IMG/VR virus record: IMGVR_UViG_3300037067_015585
Span: 64,001 to 128,000 of that record
DNA: 64,000 bases
Source of the DNA: a virus
Lineage: Duplodnaviria; Caudoviricetes
Strand: one strand, 5' to 3'
Shown here: piece by piece, positions 1 to 11,100 of the stretch
Numbering within the stretch: the first letter of the stretch is position 1
Layout: each line of letters starts with the position of its first letter
Notes under the pieces: model-generated
What the model was told of the DNA's origin: nothing
What the model saw: the letters and a program-made list of their open reading frames with translations, nothing else
Databases searched by the model: none
Position numbers and translations under genes: made by a program

Positions 1-2739
1 TAATTGACCAATACCATTTATTGCATCCCAGCTTATAAGAAACATTGCGGCAGTAAGAGCGGCCATGCCCGTACCAAGAGCGACTGCTGATATAGCCATT
101 TCTGCACCGCCAACGCCTATTGACACAGCAGATTCACGTAGTGCATTACCAAATGTCAATAGTATTCCACTACTTAGTTTGGTCATCGTATCAATTGCTT
201 CATCACTTATCAAAAACGTTGCGATACTGAGAGCAGCAAAAGCAACACCTAAAGCGATTGCAGATGCTATCATAACGGTAGCGCCTGCACCGATAGCAAC
301 AGCTGCTACCATTAATTCAACACCAAAAACAGCTAATCCGGCACCTAGGGCTACCATCTCACCAAAATTCGCAGCACCAAGCAACTTGATAAAGCTATCA
401 ACTGTGTGATCAAAAGCCCATGAAAGCATCAACACTGCAAAGCTGAGAGCTATAGCAGCAATACCAAGTGCTACCATAGCAGCGACACCAGGCCATCCAA
501 CCATACCGAGCACAAAAGCAGCTGCTGCTATAGCTGCCAATCCAACAGCAATTTTTCCATATGACTCCCAACTAATTTTACCCATTTTTTCAAACGCAAA
601 TGACATTAACAAAACTCCAGCACCAACAGCAACAGCAGCAACGGCAATAGCTAGCAATTTGCCTGCATCAGTAATCTTCATAAATAGCCGCCACAATCCT
701 AATCCGATACTAAGCCCAACAAACGCCGCACCAACAGCGACTGCGCCAACAGCTACCACCATAAGTAAAGTACCAAATCCACTCAACACACCCCATAACT
801 CTTCAAACCAGCTAACAACGGGGCTTACATTCTGACTTACATCTTTTAATGCATCTGATGCTTTGTTGGTCGCAGGTTTAAATCCAGATATCGCATTAAT
901 AACAAAACTGATGGCGTCAATCAGTGGTACTAACGCATAATCTATAAGCCAATTGATAGCTGGTGCTATTCGGATCATCAAGTTACTAGTTGCTGCTTCT
1001 AATTTAGACCACATTTTAGTAAAGTGATCTGCTATAGATGATGTTGCTTCATTATACAAAAATGCTTTTAAAGTTTCTGGTCCGGCTTTCTTAGCATCTT
1101 CAAATGCTTTATCTCTAAGATCCTTCGACATTTTAGTCGCTAATGCTGTTATATCTGTTGCTGATTTGCCAAGTATATTTAAAGTCTTTCCACTGACATC
1201 CTTAACGCTATTTAACTCCATCAATGCCATATATCCTTGTCTATCAAATCCAAGCTGAGCAGCTTGGGCTTCCATTGCCATCAATCTTCGTTTTTCATTT
1301 GTTATATGTGAATTAGCCTCAGCATATTGTGCTACAACCGATCGTAAGTCAGCTTTTGCTTTATCAGCGGCCGACATCGTATCGTATCCTTCAGTCATCG
1401 CCCTTCCAACCCCTTCGATTCTTGATAACAAATTAGGATCAGAGAAATGTTTTGCCATGCCAGTAGTAAACTGATTGACTTGCTCTGTGCTCCATCCCAT
1501 TTTGTTGCCAAGACCAGTTAGCCCAACAGTATATTCATTCAATTCTCTAGTACCTGTCGCACCGAAAATAAACTTCATTTCTGCTGCAGACTTTGCTTGG
1601 CCGGATAATATCCTGCCCATTTGATCGGCTGATAGGCCAAGCTGACGCATCGATTCAGCATACTTTAGCAATATTGCTTCAGCATCTTTAATGCCCATGC
1701 TCTTCATTGCGCGTTGCCAGTCAGCTAGATCCTTCTGGTTGACGCCCAATATTTTGGAGAATTGAACATTAGTAGCGATCATAGAGCCCAATTGATCGTC
1801 TGTATCACGTATAGAAGCACCCAATATTGCCATTGCTTCCATAGCAGGTCTACGCATTAAGCCATATTTCGCAGTTAAAGTGTTAACCTGGCCTATTATT
1901 TCTTTTTGTTGCCCATAGAGACGATAATTAGCAGTATTAAATTTATTCTCTTCTTCAACAAATCCAGCAAAAGCCGTTTTGATGGCAGTTATGCCAACCA
2001 ACATATCTGCAAATTTCAAAACAGTATCTGTTACTGTATTCTTAATGCCAGTCCACATAGCAGCAACAGTATTAGCAATGAGGCTATGTTCTTTGCATTT
2101 CGCTGTGGTTTGCGATACTCCTTCGCCAGCATTATGCCACATAGCAGCAACTTGTTCGCCGGTACGGGCTTGCGACGTTCCTTGCTTAACTGATTGGCTA
2201 CCATAGCCATTTATACTTTGCCATATAGATGCTATTCTCTGGCTTGTACCGGCATATATATCAGCATTACTTGCGACTTCAACGCCATTTGCAAGATCAG
2301 ATTTTATAGCATTACTTATTTGTTCTTGTTGCTTGCTTTGCGTTTTTGCTTCAATAGACAACAGTTTTTGCTCTTTTAAAAGCTGCGGCACCCATTTGCG
2401 CATCTTGTCGAAGTCTAGAAACTGTTTTAGACCTGTTTTCGCAGTTTTCGTGTTTAATTTGTCAATCTCATCGTAATGCTTCTGTATTGCGGTTAAATCA
2501 GTCTCAAGCTTAGTAGTAGTTTTCGATATGTCGTCGTTCGATGCTACAATTTTAACGAATTGTTCTTGTATCGTCGATAATGATGTAGTAACTGTATGCG
2601 ATAATGTTGTGCCAATACGTTGTATACCGTTTTGTATGTTGGTGATTGAACTTAGAATACCACCTAAGCTAGAAATAGCCGGATCAGCCTTAAGCTGAAA
2701 TGAAAGATTCAGAGCATAACTATTAATGTCATCTGCCAT
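1..2739 (-). CDS. Tail tape measure protein, 5' part (runs off the left edge; absent from the ORF track)
   Basis: Open frame from ATG at 2739 (TAATG overlap with the upstream stop), MADDINSYALNLSFQLKADPAISSLGG... It is helical and Ala/Gly/Ile-rich, with several hydrophobic segments around 60-780, and lies directly downstream of the baseplate hub gene. Confidence 0.85.
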   Translation of the reverse strand, partial: MADDINSYALNLSFQLKADPAISSLGGILSSITNIQNGIQRIGTTLSHTVTTSLSTIQEQFVKIVASNDDISKTTTKLETDLTAIQKHYDEIDKLNTKTAKTGLKQFLDFDKMRKWVPQLLKEQKLLSIEAKTQSKQQEQISNAIKSDLANGVEVASNADIYAGTSQRIASIWQSINGYGSQSVKQGTSQARTGEQVAAMWHNAGEGVSQTTAKCKEHSLIANTVAAMWTGIKNTVTDTVLKFADMLVGITAIKTAFAGFVEEENKFNTANYRLYGQQKEIIGQVNTLTAKYGLMRRPAMEAMAILGASIRDTDDQLGSMIATNVQFSKILGVNQKDLADWQRAMKSMGIKDAEAILLKYAESMRQLGLSADQMGRILSGQAKSAAEMKFIFGATGTRELNEYTVGLTGLGNKMGWSTEQVNQFTTGMAKHFSDPNLLSRIEGVGRAMTEGYDTMSAADKAKADLRSVVAQYAEANSHITNEKRRLMAMEAQAAQLGFDRQGYMALMELNSVKDVSGKTLNILGKSATDITALATKMSKDLRDKAFEDAKKAGPETLKAFLYNEATSSIADHFTKMWSKLEAATSNLMIRIAPAINWLIDYALVPLIDAISFVINAISGFKPATNKASDALKDVSQNVSPVVSWFEELWGVLSGFGTLLMVVAVGAVAVGAAFVGLSIGLGLWRLFMKITDAGKLLAIAVAAVAVGAGVLLMSFAFEKMGKISWESYGKIAVGLAAIAAAAFVLGMVGWPGVAAMVALGIAAIALSFAVLMLSWAFDHTVDSFIKLLGAANFGEMVALGAGLAVFGVELMVAAVAIGAGATVMIASAIALGVAFAALSIATFLISDEAIDTMTKLSSGILLTFGNALRESAVSIGVGGAEMAISAVALGTGMAALTAAMFLISWDAINGIGQL

Positions 2740-4085
2740 TATGTTCCCTTGCCAACAGCCTTCGCCTCTGCGTCTTTGTCAAGTCTATAACAATATAGGT
2801 CAGTAGTCCATATACCTGGATGATAAATGTGGCTAAATCCGTAGACGATCCAATTTCCTGCCATGAAGTATGGTGCTCCATCGTCTGTTGCCGTTAAAGT
2901 TATATTTATAGTGTCCGCACCAAGACCCTCAGATCCTGACCATATATGATGCCCAAAAACACGAAATCGCATACGCATCAAAGTAGGACTTGATGATAGA
3001 TATGCTCCACGCGCCCTACCATCAATATAATCGCCATATTTCAAACCCATGTCGCCACCAGAAAGTTCTGGTATCGATGAGATCGTTGTCCAACCAGCGA
3101 CATCTAATGTAGGATCAGCTTCATCGCTAGGCTTCAAAAATGATTTTAATAATTCACCACCACCTTCAACATCTGGTTTAAATTTCTTGCTAGTCCGTTT
3201 GTCACCAACATATACAGTGCTTTTATCTTGTTTGTAAGTCGACTGATCAAAATATGCACCAGATATAGATGACATCCCACTAGTCACCATCTGCTGATTC
3301 AACATCTGTAAAGCATTATCACCTATAAACTCCCACTCTAATATGTCGCCGACTCTCTTATCACCAGTTCCACCATAACCTCTCCATTCATATGTAGCTC
3401 TCTGTTTAGATTCTACTTCTGCCTGCTCTTTGATCATTAAAATATCATCATCTGGATACAACATCCATCGCGTCTGTTTTTCTGATAAGCTAGTAGACCA
3501 ATCAAGAATAGATAAAATAAATGTTTTGGGATCCATCCTCAATTGCCACCATCTATTTTGTTTATTATCACTCGTTTTAGTGTCGAATTGTAAGGTACAC
3601 CTATCTTCTTTATTATATTGTTGAAAAACTTGCTGTATAACGGAATTTACATTTCCCTTATAACTCTTGCCACTTGCATCACCTGCGGCGAGATAATATG
3701 AAGGATAATCGATAGCCAGTAATTCTATCTCACTTGAATTTGTGGCTCCAGATGGTGCCATTGTAACTACAATGTGGTTTTGTGTTACAAGTCTTAAGTC
3801 GCTATTCCAACGAATCCAGCTTTCCAGAAGTACTGGTCCCATCGATGAATCACGACCGTATTGAAAATAATCGTTATTAACAAAATTTTTGTACATAGTG
3901 AAGTGAGGATCAGTAAATTTGGCCCTGACCTGTTCTCCACCATTTAACATCGCTGTGAATTCGTATTCGATACAGTTTCCACCTGAATCAGGCATCGAGC
4001 CACCGCCAGCGTCAACTTTAAAGACAACTGATGGAGATGCACTTATCTGTGCCATGTCACTTTCTACAAGACGTTTATCAGACAC
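2739..4085 (-). CDS. Baseplate hub protein (gp27/gpD-like)
   Basis: C-terminal GNWIVYGFSHIYHPGIWTTDLYCYR fits the hub-family 'G.y.V..v.H....y.T.l' ending. GTG start with GAGGAG SD at 4092-4097; tail-gene context. Confidence 0.65.
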   Translation of the reverse strand: MSDKRLVESDMAQISASPSVVFKVDAGGGSMPDSGGNCIEYEFTAMLNGGEQVRAKFTDPHFTMYKNFVNNDYFQYGRDSSMGPVLLESWIRWNSDLRLVTQNHIVVTMAPSGATNSSEIELLAIDYPSYYLAAGDASGKSYKGNVNSVIQQVFQQYNKEDRCTLQFDTKTSDNKQNRWWQLRMDPKTFILSILDWSTSLSEKQTRWMLYPDDDILMIKEQAEVESKQRATYEWRGYGGTGDKRVGDILEWEFIGDNALQMLNQQMVTSGMSSISGAYFDQSTYKQDKSTVYVGDKRTSKKFKPDVEGGGELLKSFLKPSDEADPTLDVAGWTTISSIPELSGGDMGLKYGDYIDGRARGAYLSSSPTLMRMRFRVFGHHIWSGSEGLGADTINITLTATDDGAPYFMAGNWIVYGFSHIYHPGIWTTDLYCYRLDKDAEAKAVGKGT

Positions 4086-4355
4086 ATGAAACTCCTCTTT
4101 ATCAATTTTGACCCCGCCAAAAAACCAGCATTATTCCTCCTATTAGATGATGATGGCAAGCGATTGGTATTATTCAAACACGCTATGATGGATAAGTCAG
4201 AAATTCCGATGATAAGAGCGGCCTTTCCGTTATTATCAAGAATGACAGTTCAAGAGAAAATGAAATGGTTTAGAAAACTACATTCCTGGAAAACAGCATA
4301 TAGACAGTTTACAAAGGCCAAGGTCACCATCCTCTCGGAGTATACTCCAAAGTAA
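4086..4355 (+). CDS. Hypothetical protein (89 aa)
   Basis: ORF with plausible composition, head-to-head with the hub gene. Confidence 0.55.
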   Translation: MKLLFINFDPAKKPALFLLLDDDGKRLVLFKHAMMDKSEIPMIRAAFPLLSRMTVQEKMKWFRKLHSWKTAYRQFTKAKVTILSEYTPK

Positions 4356-4422
4356 CGTACTATATTTACCAGTTTATTAAGATGAACCTCCTATGGTGCT
4401 ATAAATTGTGTAGGAGAGCATC

Positions 4423-4782
4423 ATGGGATATGAAGAACTCAGAAAGAAATATCAAGAGCACATATCGACCGTCATCAGGCTTAAAAAACTCAATGGTAGG
4501 GCCAAATCTGGCGAGTTGTTGCCTGATAGGTTGTTATTGTGTAATAAAGAGATAGCACGATTAGGGGCAGAAACAAAACAAGGTGACGCCTTCTTCACTC
4601 ACCTTGAAGAAATAAACGATCCGAATTGGCGTAAAATCACCAGAGAACTTAATACCACATTAGAGGGGTACGTACATCCAGATGCAAAGGTTGATGTACT
4701 ACACGGGATCATGAAAGGCATTGGCATCATATCGACACTGATTATTGGTACTTGGGCGATTGATAGCTGGCGAAAGAAATAG
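4423..4782 (+). CDS. Hypothetical protein with a C-terminal hydrophobic helix
   Basis: AGGAG SD upstream; GIGIISTLIIGTWAI followed by a basic tail. Confidence 0.7.
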   Translation: MGYEELRKKYQEHISTVIRLKKLNGRAKSGELLPDRLLLCNKEIARLGAETKQGDAFFTHLEEINDPNWRKITRELNTTLEGYVHPDAKVDVLHGIMKGIGIISTLIIGTWAIDSWRKK

Positions 4783-4792
4783 GAGATTTGTC

Positions 4793-4954
4793 GTGAATCT
4801 GACAAGCGAAGAGATTAGTGTGATTTTGTTGGCTTTGCAAGATAAATATGGCTTTGGTTATACTAGTGACGCCAAAGAAGGTAATGTGAAGATCGGCCAA
4901 CTTAAGGCCAAATTATCTGTAATGGCCGAAGTAGCTGCTAAGGCTGGACGCTAA
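4793..4954 (+). CDS. Small hypothetical protein (53 aa)
   Basis: GTG at 4793 with AGGAG at 4781-4785; same frame as the tracked 4745..4954 ORF. Confidence 0.6.
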   Translation: MNLTSEEISVILLALQDKYGFGYTSDAKEGNVKIGQLKAKLSVMAEVAAKAGR

Positions 4955-6035
4955 GTAGTTTAGCTGCTGGAGCAATCTTTAATTGCTTCATTCTGTTTTC
5001 TAGATATAGCTTCTGCTGCATATTAAGCGGCTTCACACTAATCTCAAAAGTCTTTTTTATTTCGGCTGTACTGGCTACCTTAACCAGATCATTCCAATCC
5101 TTGCTGAATGAACCATCTGGCAATTTAACTATAGGTGGCAATGCATAAAATATCTTATAACCCAATGGCTTAATCAATGCTGCATTATGCAATATGCTCT
5201 CGATTCCAGCCTTGTCATTATCTGGTGTAAGAATAATTCCGTCTCTCGGACCAAGCAACTTTAATTTCTGTACTTGCGTATGTGTCATCGACGCCCCACC
5301 TGTCGCCAAACACTGATCCTCTAGTGTCAAGCACACAAAAATGGATTCTGTTATTGCAACATAACTCGCTGGCTCGACTTGATCGAACCCATAAAAGAAT
5401 TCACCCTTGGTAACACCAACATTTTCTGGCGGAAATCTGAATACTTTATTGAGACGAGATCTGCACTGCCAATAAACTGGTTCAGGATCATATTCATAAT
5501 ATGGCCAGACAACATCTAGGCCACTGTGCATTATGTTGTATTTCTTTATTTTTCTATCATCGACGCCCCTGCTATTAAGCCAAGATACTAAACCAGCAAT
5601 TAATTTGGGTTGAGATTGTCCAAACTTCGCTGTGCCATCTGGGAGTGCGAGAGATACTGTTTCTTTTGTTTCTGGTAACAAACGTGTTCTTTGCCATTTG
5701 AATAGAGCACGTGCACCAGAAGACGCTCCAAGAACGTCCTGGATAGCCTCAGTGAATGAACAACTACCACGTTTTTGTGTTAGATATAGTTGAACAAATC
5801 GAATGAATGTTCTATATTGTAGTTTACCAGTATTGGGATTATATCCAACCCATGACGAGTCACCTCGCCAATCATGCGCATATCCTTTTATACAAGAAAT
5901 ATTAAAATGGTATCCCGTATCATCATTAAAAGGATTACATATTCTTAATTCATCGCCATTCTTCCGTGGTTTACAGTCAGGGAAATTTCTATAAACCCAA
6001 GCTGCTATTTTTTCTGGTGGTATCGGTATGTTCAT
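4938..6035 (-). CDS. dnaG: DNA primase (DnaG/TOPRIM type)
   Basis: N-terminal CNPF...HDW zinc-ribbon-like region; TOPRIM ITES, PDNDKAG (DxD) and KDWND motifs. Confidence 0.85.
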   Translation of the reverse strand: MNIPIPPEKIAAWVYRNFPDCKPRKNGDELRICNPFNDDTGYHFNISCIKGYAHDWRGDSSWVGYNPNTGKLQYRTFIRFVQLYLTQKRGSCSFTEAIQDVLGASSGARALFKWQRTRLLPETKETVSLALPDGTAKFGQSQPKLIAGLVSWLNSRGVDDRKIKKYNIMHSGLDVVWPYYEYDPEPVYWQCRSRLNKVFRFPPENVGVTKGEFFYGFDQVEPASYVAITESIFVCLTLEDQCLATGGASMTHTQVQKLKLLGPRDGIILTPDNDKAGIESILHNAALIKPLGYKIFYALPPIVKLPDGSFSKDWNDLVKVASTAEIKKTFEISVKPLNMQQKLYLENRMKQLKIAPAAKLLSVQP

Positions 6036-6054
6036 GTGCTATGAAATACTGCAT

Positions 6055-8103
6055 TTAAAATGCACAAACTAACTTGATCTCGGCTATGCTAGTAATAGAT
6101 CCACCATCGATATTAGCTGATATACTTAACCTGTAGTATCTATAACTCGTGTGATTTCCGAATGTAAAATATGGAGTCCAAGCATAATTCCCAGGAGCAG
6201 CTATATTACTTCTAAAATCTAATGGTACAAAATTAGAATTATCGTTAGAACCATATAATGCGAAATCTTTCGGGAAGCCGGTATAGGTAGCTTCTTGTAA
6301 TGCGTATCTCATTACAACGGCACCATAAGGACCAAAATCGTATTGTATCCAATGTGAAGATCCTGAACCGCTTACCCACGCAGCATTAGTTTGGTCGAAT
6401 GCTCTCCACGCTGGTCCGATAACGGTGGTTAAGCTGCATCCAATTCTATCAAGCATATTGTTGCCCATGTTTTGGGCATTTGCACATATAAACTGTGATC
6501 CGTTCCAATAACTTAAGTAATTGTCGCCAGGAGACGAATAATGCTCCATTGATGTCGATCCAGGCACAACTGTCGCACCAGCACCGAGTGCTATTTGCGC
6601 CACTATATTCATAGTTAGACTATCATAGTTCATCTCACCATCAGAAGGATTGCCGTCGTTTCCAATGATAGAAGAAGCACCAGGCAAGCCAGAATTCTTA
6701 CACAAAGCAAGAATTTCACCAGCGTGAGCAAAATACCTTGTTGAAGTTGTTGTCGATTCGCTATCTGCTGTAACTGCATAAGGCGATGGTGTAGTGTAAG
6801 ATGTCATTGCAGCTGTGCATGTTACAGTCGGCATCGGAGACATTGAAGGTGATTGTGATATTGCTTGCGATGGCGATAATGAAAAATGTGGCGACAGTGA
6901 TGGCGAACGCGATGGCGATGGCGACAATGATGGTGAGCGCGATGGCGATGGCGACAATGATCGCGACAACGACGGAGATAACGATATTGATGGTGATAAT
7001 GATATTGATGGCGATAGTGACGGCGATAGCGATGGCGACATTGATACCGATGGAGATATTGATACCGACGTCGATGGATAAGGTTCAGGAATAACAACAG
7101 GTGGCTCAGGTGATGGATATACCTTGCAATCTTCTATGAATTCTCCAAAATAAGTCAACTCTCTTGGGCATGTTGCAATAGCACTAAACCACATCTGTGC
7201 CACTACTGTATCTGTGTCATCGACGCCTTTAATTAGCCACAACCGCTGTGTCCCCCTTGGGTGGCCGCTAACATCAACAGATCCAGATGGTGAGAATCTA
7301 CCATAATAAACACCATTGCAGCCTGAGCAGCAGAGATCTCTACAATACAATTCAGTAGCAACGATACTAGATGAATCACTTAGCCACTCTAGGGTATATG
7401 GAACATCAGATCTAACAAACGGCGTTTTGTATCCAGAAGCACGCAAATACTGATAGCCAGGATTTGCTAAAGTAACAGTCAGCTTCTCAATATAAGTTGG
7501 TACAAATGGGTTATTATTGCCAAATTGTACATCTTGTGTGAGATACTCGCCCAGTGTGATAGTTGTCCCTGACGACCCAAGGACAAGACCACCACTCCAT
7601 ATGTCTCCATTTATCGGTATGTTGTTTCCAGAATATGTTAATGTGTGTGTATACCAAACAGCATACTGTGTAGTGAAAATCGTGTGATCTAGATCAACAT
7701 TAAACGGTTGTGAAATCCATTGATTAGTTTCAAGATTTGTGACAGTGATTGGATATGTAGTGGCAGCACTACTTAAAAAAGCACTATAATGATCAATATT
7801 TGGCCATCTACAAATGCGTAATAATGCCAACACAGAATTCAACGTATCTGCGTCATAAGCTACCGATATGTTATCCTGATTTAGTGATTGCTGTTCTCTC
7901 GCTATCCTTGACACTACGCCTTGTTTATCAGTGGTTAATAGACCGCCTACTGTAACATTACCCCACATGTTGATAAACGGTGTACCTGGAATCAATCCGG
8001 CATTCACAAAGCCAGTTAACATATATCTATTATCGAATGATATAGTATACTGTTTTATTGGAGTCGTTGTATTCGATGGTGAATTTGATGCCACAAATGC
8101 CAT
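6055..8103 (-). CDS. Virion-associated protein with a Ser/Pro mucin-like linker and a C-terminal discoidin (F5/8 type C)-like domain carrying one inserted domain
   Basis: Start likely MAFVASN at 8103 (TAATG overlap). AWRAFD...W...WIQYDF...PKDFALYGSND...YRYYRL...IAEIK discoidin pattern. Confidence 0.75.
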   Translation of the reverse strand: MAFVASNSPSNTTTPIKQYTISFDNRYMLTGFVNAGLIPGTPFINMWGNVTVGGLLTTDKQGVVSRIAREQQSLNQDNISVAYDADTLNSVLALLRICRWPNIDHYSAFLSSAATTYPITVTNLETNQWISQPFNVDLDHTIFTTQYAVWYTHTLTYSGNNIPINGDIWSGGLVLGSSGTTITLGEYLTQDVQFGNNNPFVPTYIEKLTVTLANPGYQYLRASGYKTPFVRSDVPYTLEWLSDSSSIVATELYCRDLCCSGCNGVYYGRFSPSGSVDVSGHPRGTQRLWLIKGVDDTDTVVAQMWFSAIATCPRELTYFGEFIEDCKVYPSPEPPVVIPEPYPSTSVSISPSVSMSPSLSPSLSPSISLSPSISLSPSLSRSLSPSPSRSPSLSPSPSRSPSLSPHFSLSPSQAISQSPSMSPMPTVTCTAAMTSYTTPSPYAVTADSESTTTSTRYFAHAGEILALCKNSGLPGASSIIGNDGNPSDGEMNYDSLTMNIVAQIALGAGATVVPGSTSMEHYSSPGDNYLSYWNGSQFICANAQNMGNNMLDRIGCSLTTVIGPAWRAFDQTNAAWVSGSGSSHWIQYDFGPYGAVVMRYALQEATYTGFPKDFALYGSNDNSNFVPLDFRSNIAAPGNYAWTPYFTFGNHTSYRYYRLSISANIDGGSITSIAEIKLVCAF
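6826..7075 (-). repeat. Low-complexity Ser-Pro repeat (SPSLSPSISLSPS...)
   Basis: Degenerate gatggcga/gacggcga tandem units encoding S-x-S-P repeats. Confidence 0.9.
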
Positions 8104-11100
8104 TATGATCCGCCTTGCAATACAGTAAACCAACAATAATATGGTGGTGTCGTTTGATAGCTGGCATTATCGGTTGCAACTATAGTGTAAGTGTGTAAAC
8201 CGGCAGCACGCTTACCAATATTAAAACTGAAGTCTACACCACCGATGTTTGTGTTAATTGTCGGACCAGTTGCGACTGCAACACTAACACCATCAATCCA
8301 CAATGATATAGCATAAACGCCTCTCCAATCATGTGCATTGCAGGTCAATAAGAGGTCTTGACTAGAATACAAAGTAGTTTGCGTTTGCCCTGCTGTCTTG
8401 AATTGTGCTGTTGTTCTTTCAATCGTATTATATTGAGTTATAACAACATTGCGAATCGTAGCATATGTGCTAGCAGTGATAACGCAATCTGTGGTTGATG
8501 CCGATATTGGCATCGCCAATTCACCATTTACAGCCGTAACGTATATTCTATAATAGCGATATAGAACACCATTTTTAAATGTAAGCCATTTTGACCAAGT
8601 GTTTACGCTAGGGGCATCGACATTAACCCTTGTATCGAGTGTAACCCATATATTATTGTCGTTCGATCCTTGAAATAGAAAATCTCTTGGGAAACCGGTA
8701 TCGCTATTATAGTTCTGCTCATTTATAACTGCACCGTTTACGACAGTCATACCACTATAATTCTGCTCTTGTATGGCATACTTATTGATCACTTTTGGTA
8801 GCGCGCTACCAAAATCATATTCAATGTACCATGGTGGTATAGCTACTGCACTTATCCATCTGTCACGCTCATTAAGATTCGTCCTATTAAACGCCTTCCA
8901 TGCTGAGTAAGTTACAGCGCGTGAAATTGAATAATATTCACTATTTGCACTAACAACATTTGGTGCTGGTGTATTGTCTGACGTCATTATCGCTGTACAA
9001 GTGGTTGTGCCAGGATTGTCAGCTCCATCAATCGATAAACAAACATATTTAATCTCCGCTACGCTTGCAACGCCACCTTCAGAACTGCCGCTAGCAGAAC
9101 CACTACCAATAAATTCAGTTATATTTAATCTATAATAACGATATTCTGTTCCGTTAATAAATGTGAAATATTGAGTCCAAGCATAATCGCCAGGAGCACG
9201 CACACCTATTCTTAAATCTAATGTTGTCCAATTTGTTTCGTCATTAGAACCGCACAAATTAAAATCTACCGGAAAGCCTACATCATTTGCCTCTTGTATG
9301 GCATATTTATTTATAACAACACCAACATTAAAATCATATTGTATCCAATGTATAGATCCTGGTCCACTTATCCATGCATTGTCTGTTCGATCAAAGGCGT
9401 ACCATGCTGGATTGAAATGATAAGAATTTTTGCATCCGACTGTAGAAATCGCCTTATTCCCCATCTTGTCGGCGTCATCACATTGAAATGATGTGCCGTC
9501 CCAATAACTTAAATAATACTCGATACCCGGCCTCATAACATCGAGCGTATTAATCATGTTATTGCCCATGCTTGCGGCCGTCACACATACAAACTGCGAT
9601 CCATCCCAATAACTTAAATAATGTGTTACACCTGGTTTTGATACTGTAATTGTGTTAATCATATTATTGCCAACACTGTCGGCAGTCACACATACAAATT
9701 TCGATCCGTCCCAATAACTCAAATAATGAGTGTCACCAGGTCTTGTTATAGTAATACCATCGATCATATTATTACCAAGATCTCTGGCATTCCCACATAT
9801 AAACTGTGATCCGTTCCAGTAGCTCAAATAATTATCACCAGGTGTAGTCCAATCCCCAGGTTTAACCCACGTATATGTAGCAGTTGGACCCAAAACTATC
9901 TGTGCAAACTTTAGACATGTTGCCGGATCATTTCTCATATCACCATCAGTGTCAGGGACAATATTTCCTGAACCAGGTAATCCAGAATTTATGCATATTC
10001 TAGTGATATTACCAGCGTAATCATAATATGCCGTAACTGGCGGATTTGGAGTATAGTATGCGCATGTTGATGCTGAGACTGAACCAGTAGATCCAAGTGC
10101 GATTTTAGCAATCTTATCTAACGTAGCACTATCACAACGCATTTGTCCACTTGACGTATTAATAGAACTTGCACCAGGAAGACCTGAATTAGCACATAGA
10201 GCTGTAATGGCACTAGGGTTATTGTATGTTAAACTGACTGGTGGCTCAGGTGTATAATATGCTTCTGTCACATTTGTAACGGATACGGTAGAGCCAAGTG
10301 ATATGAAAGCGGCTTTATTTATTGTCTCTGTATCATAATTCATCTGGCCATGTATACTATTGATTGACGAAGCACCAGGCAAACCAGAATTCTTACATAA
10401 AATTGTAATAGCATCGGGAGTCGAATATGATCTCAAATCTGGTGGCGAAGCAAAATTCTCTTCTGTTGCAGATATAACGGTCGCACCAGCACCTAAAGCT
10501 ATCACAGCTACTTCATTTAATGTTGTTGAATCATAATTCATCTGACCTTCGGACGTTTGAATTAACCATGTACCATTTATATCAGATCCGGCACATAAAT
10601 CTGTTACAGCCCCAGGAGTATAGAACCATTTTTCTAACCATGTGATAGCTTCACTGTCTGCACTAACAACATATGGCAATGGCGTAGTATTAGACGTCAT
10701 CTTGGCAGTACAAGCAGTAGTTGATGGATTATCTGCGCCATCGATTGAAAGATTGATAAGACTAATCTCACCAATAATAGTGCATGGATTGGGAAATATA
10801 TCGTTGATCGTAATTTCCGGTTGAGTGACATCCGACACTATTGTAGTGGGCTCTACATAAGTTGGTGCCTTTGTAGTAGTAGCAACTACCGTTGGTGTAA
10901 CCGGCATTGCACTTGTATCTGTACCCGGCAGCGGAAGACCATTGCCTGCAGCAACACCAGTAGCACCAGGAGTCTTATTGAACCGTATTGGCAATATTTC
11001 AGCCGCTGCGATTCTGTCTTTTATTATTCTGAAAACACATGATTGGTTATAGCAGCCTGGCGTATATGGGTGTACTGGTATGATTGCATCAATATTAACA

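Noticed and set aside
65-2379. Plus-strand ORFs 65..409, 1906..2193, 1979..2206 and 2194..2379
   Set aside because: Antisense shadows of the long minus-strand tape-measure frame
6801-7097. Asp/Gly-rich, Met/Ala-rich and His/Arg-rich ORFs
   Set aside because: Alternative-frame readings of the Ser-Pro repeat; no independent start signals
9490-9840. Regularly spaced 105-bp repeats as a possible CRISPR array or DGR template/variable pair
   Set aside because: The repeats are degenerate at synonymous positions and in frame within a protein; there are no unique spacers, no adenine-specific mismatch pattern and no reverse transcriptase or cas gene in the window
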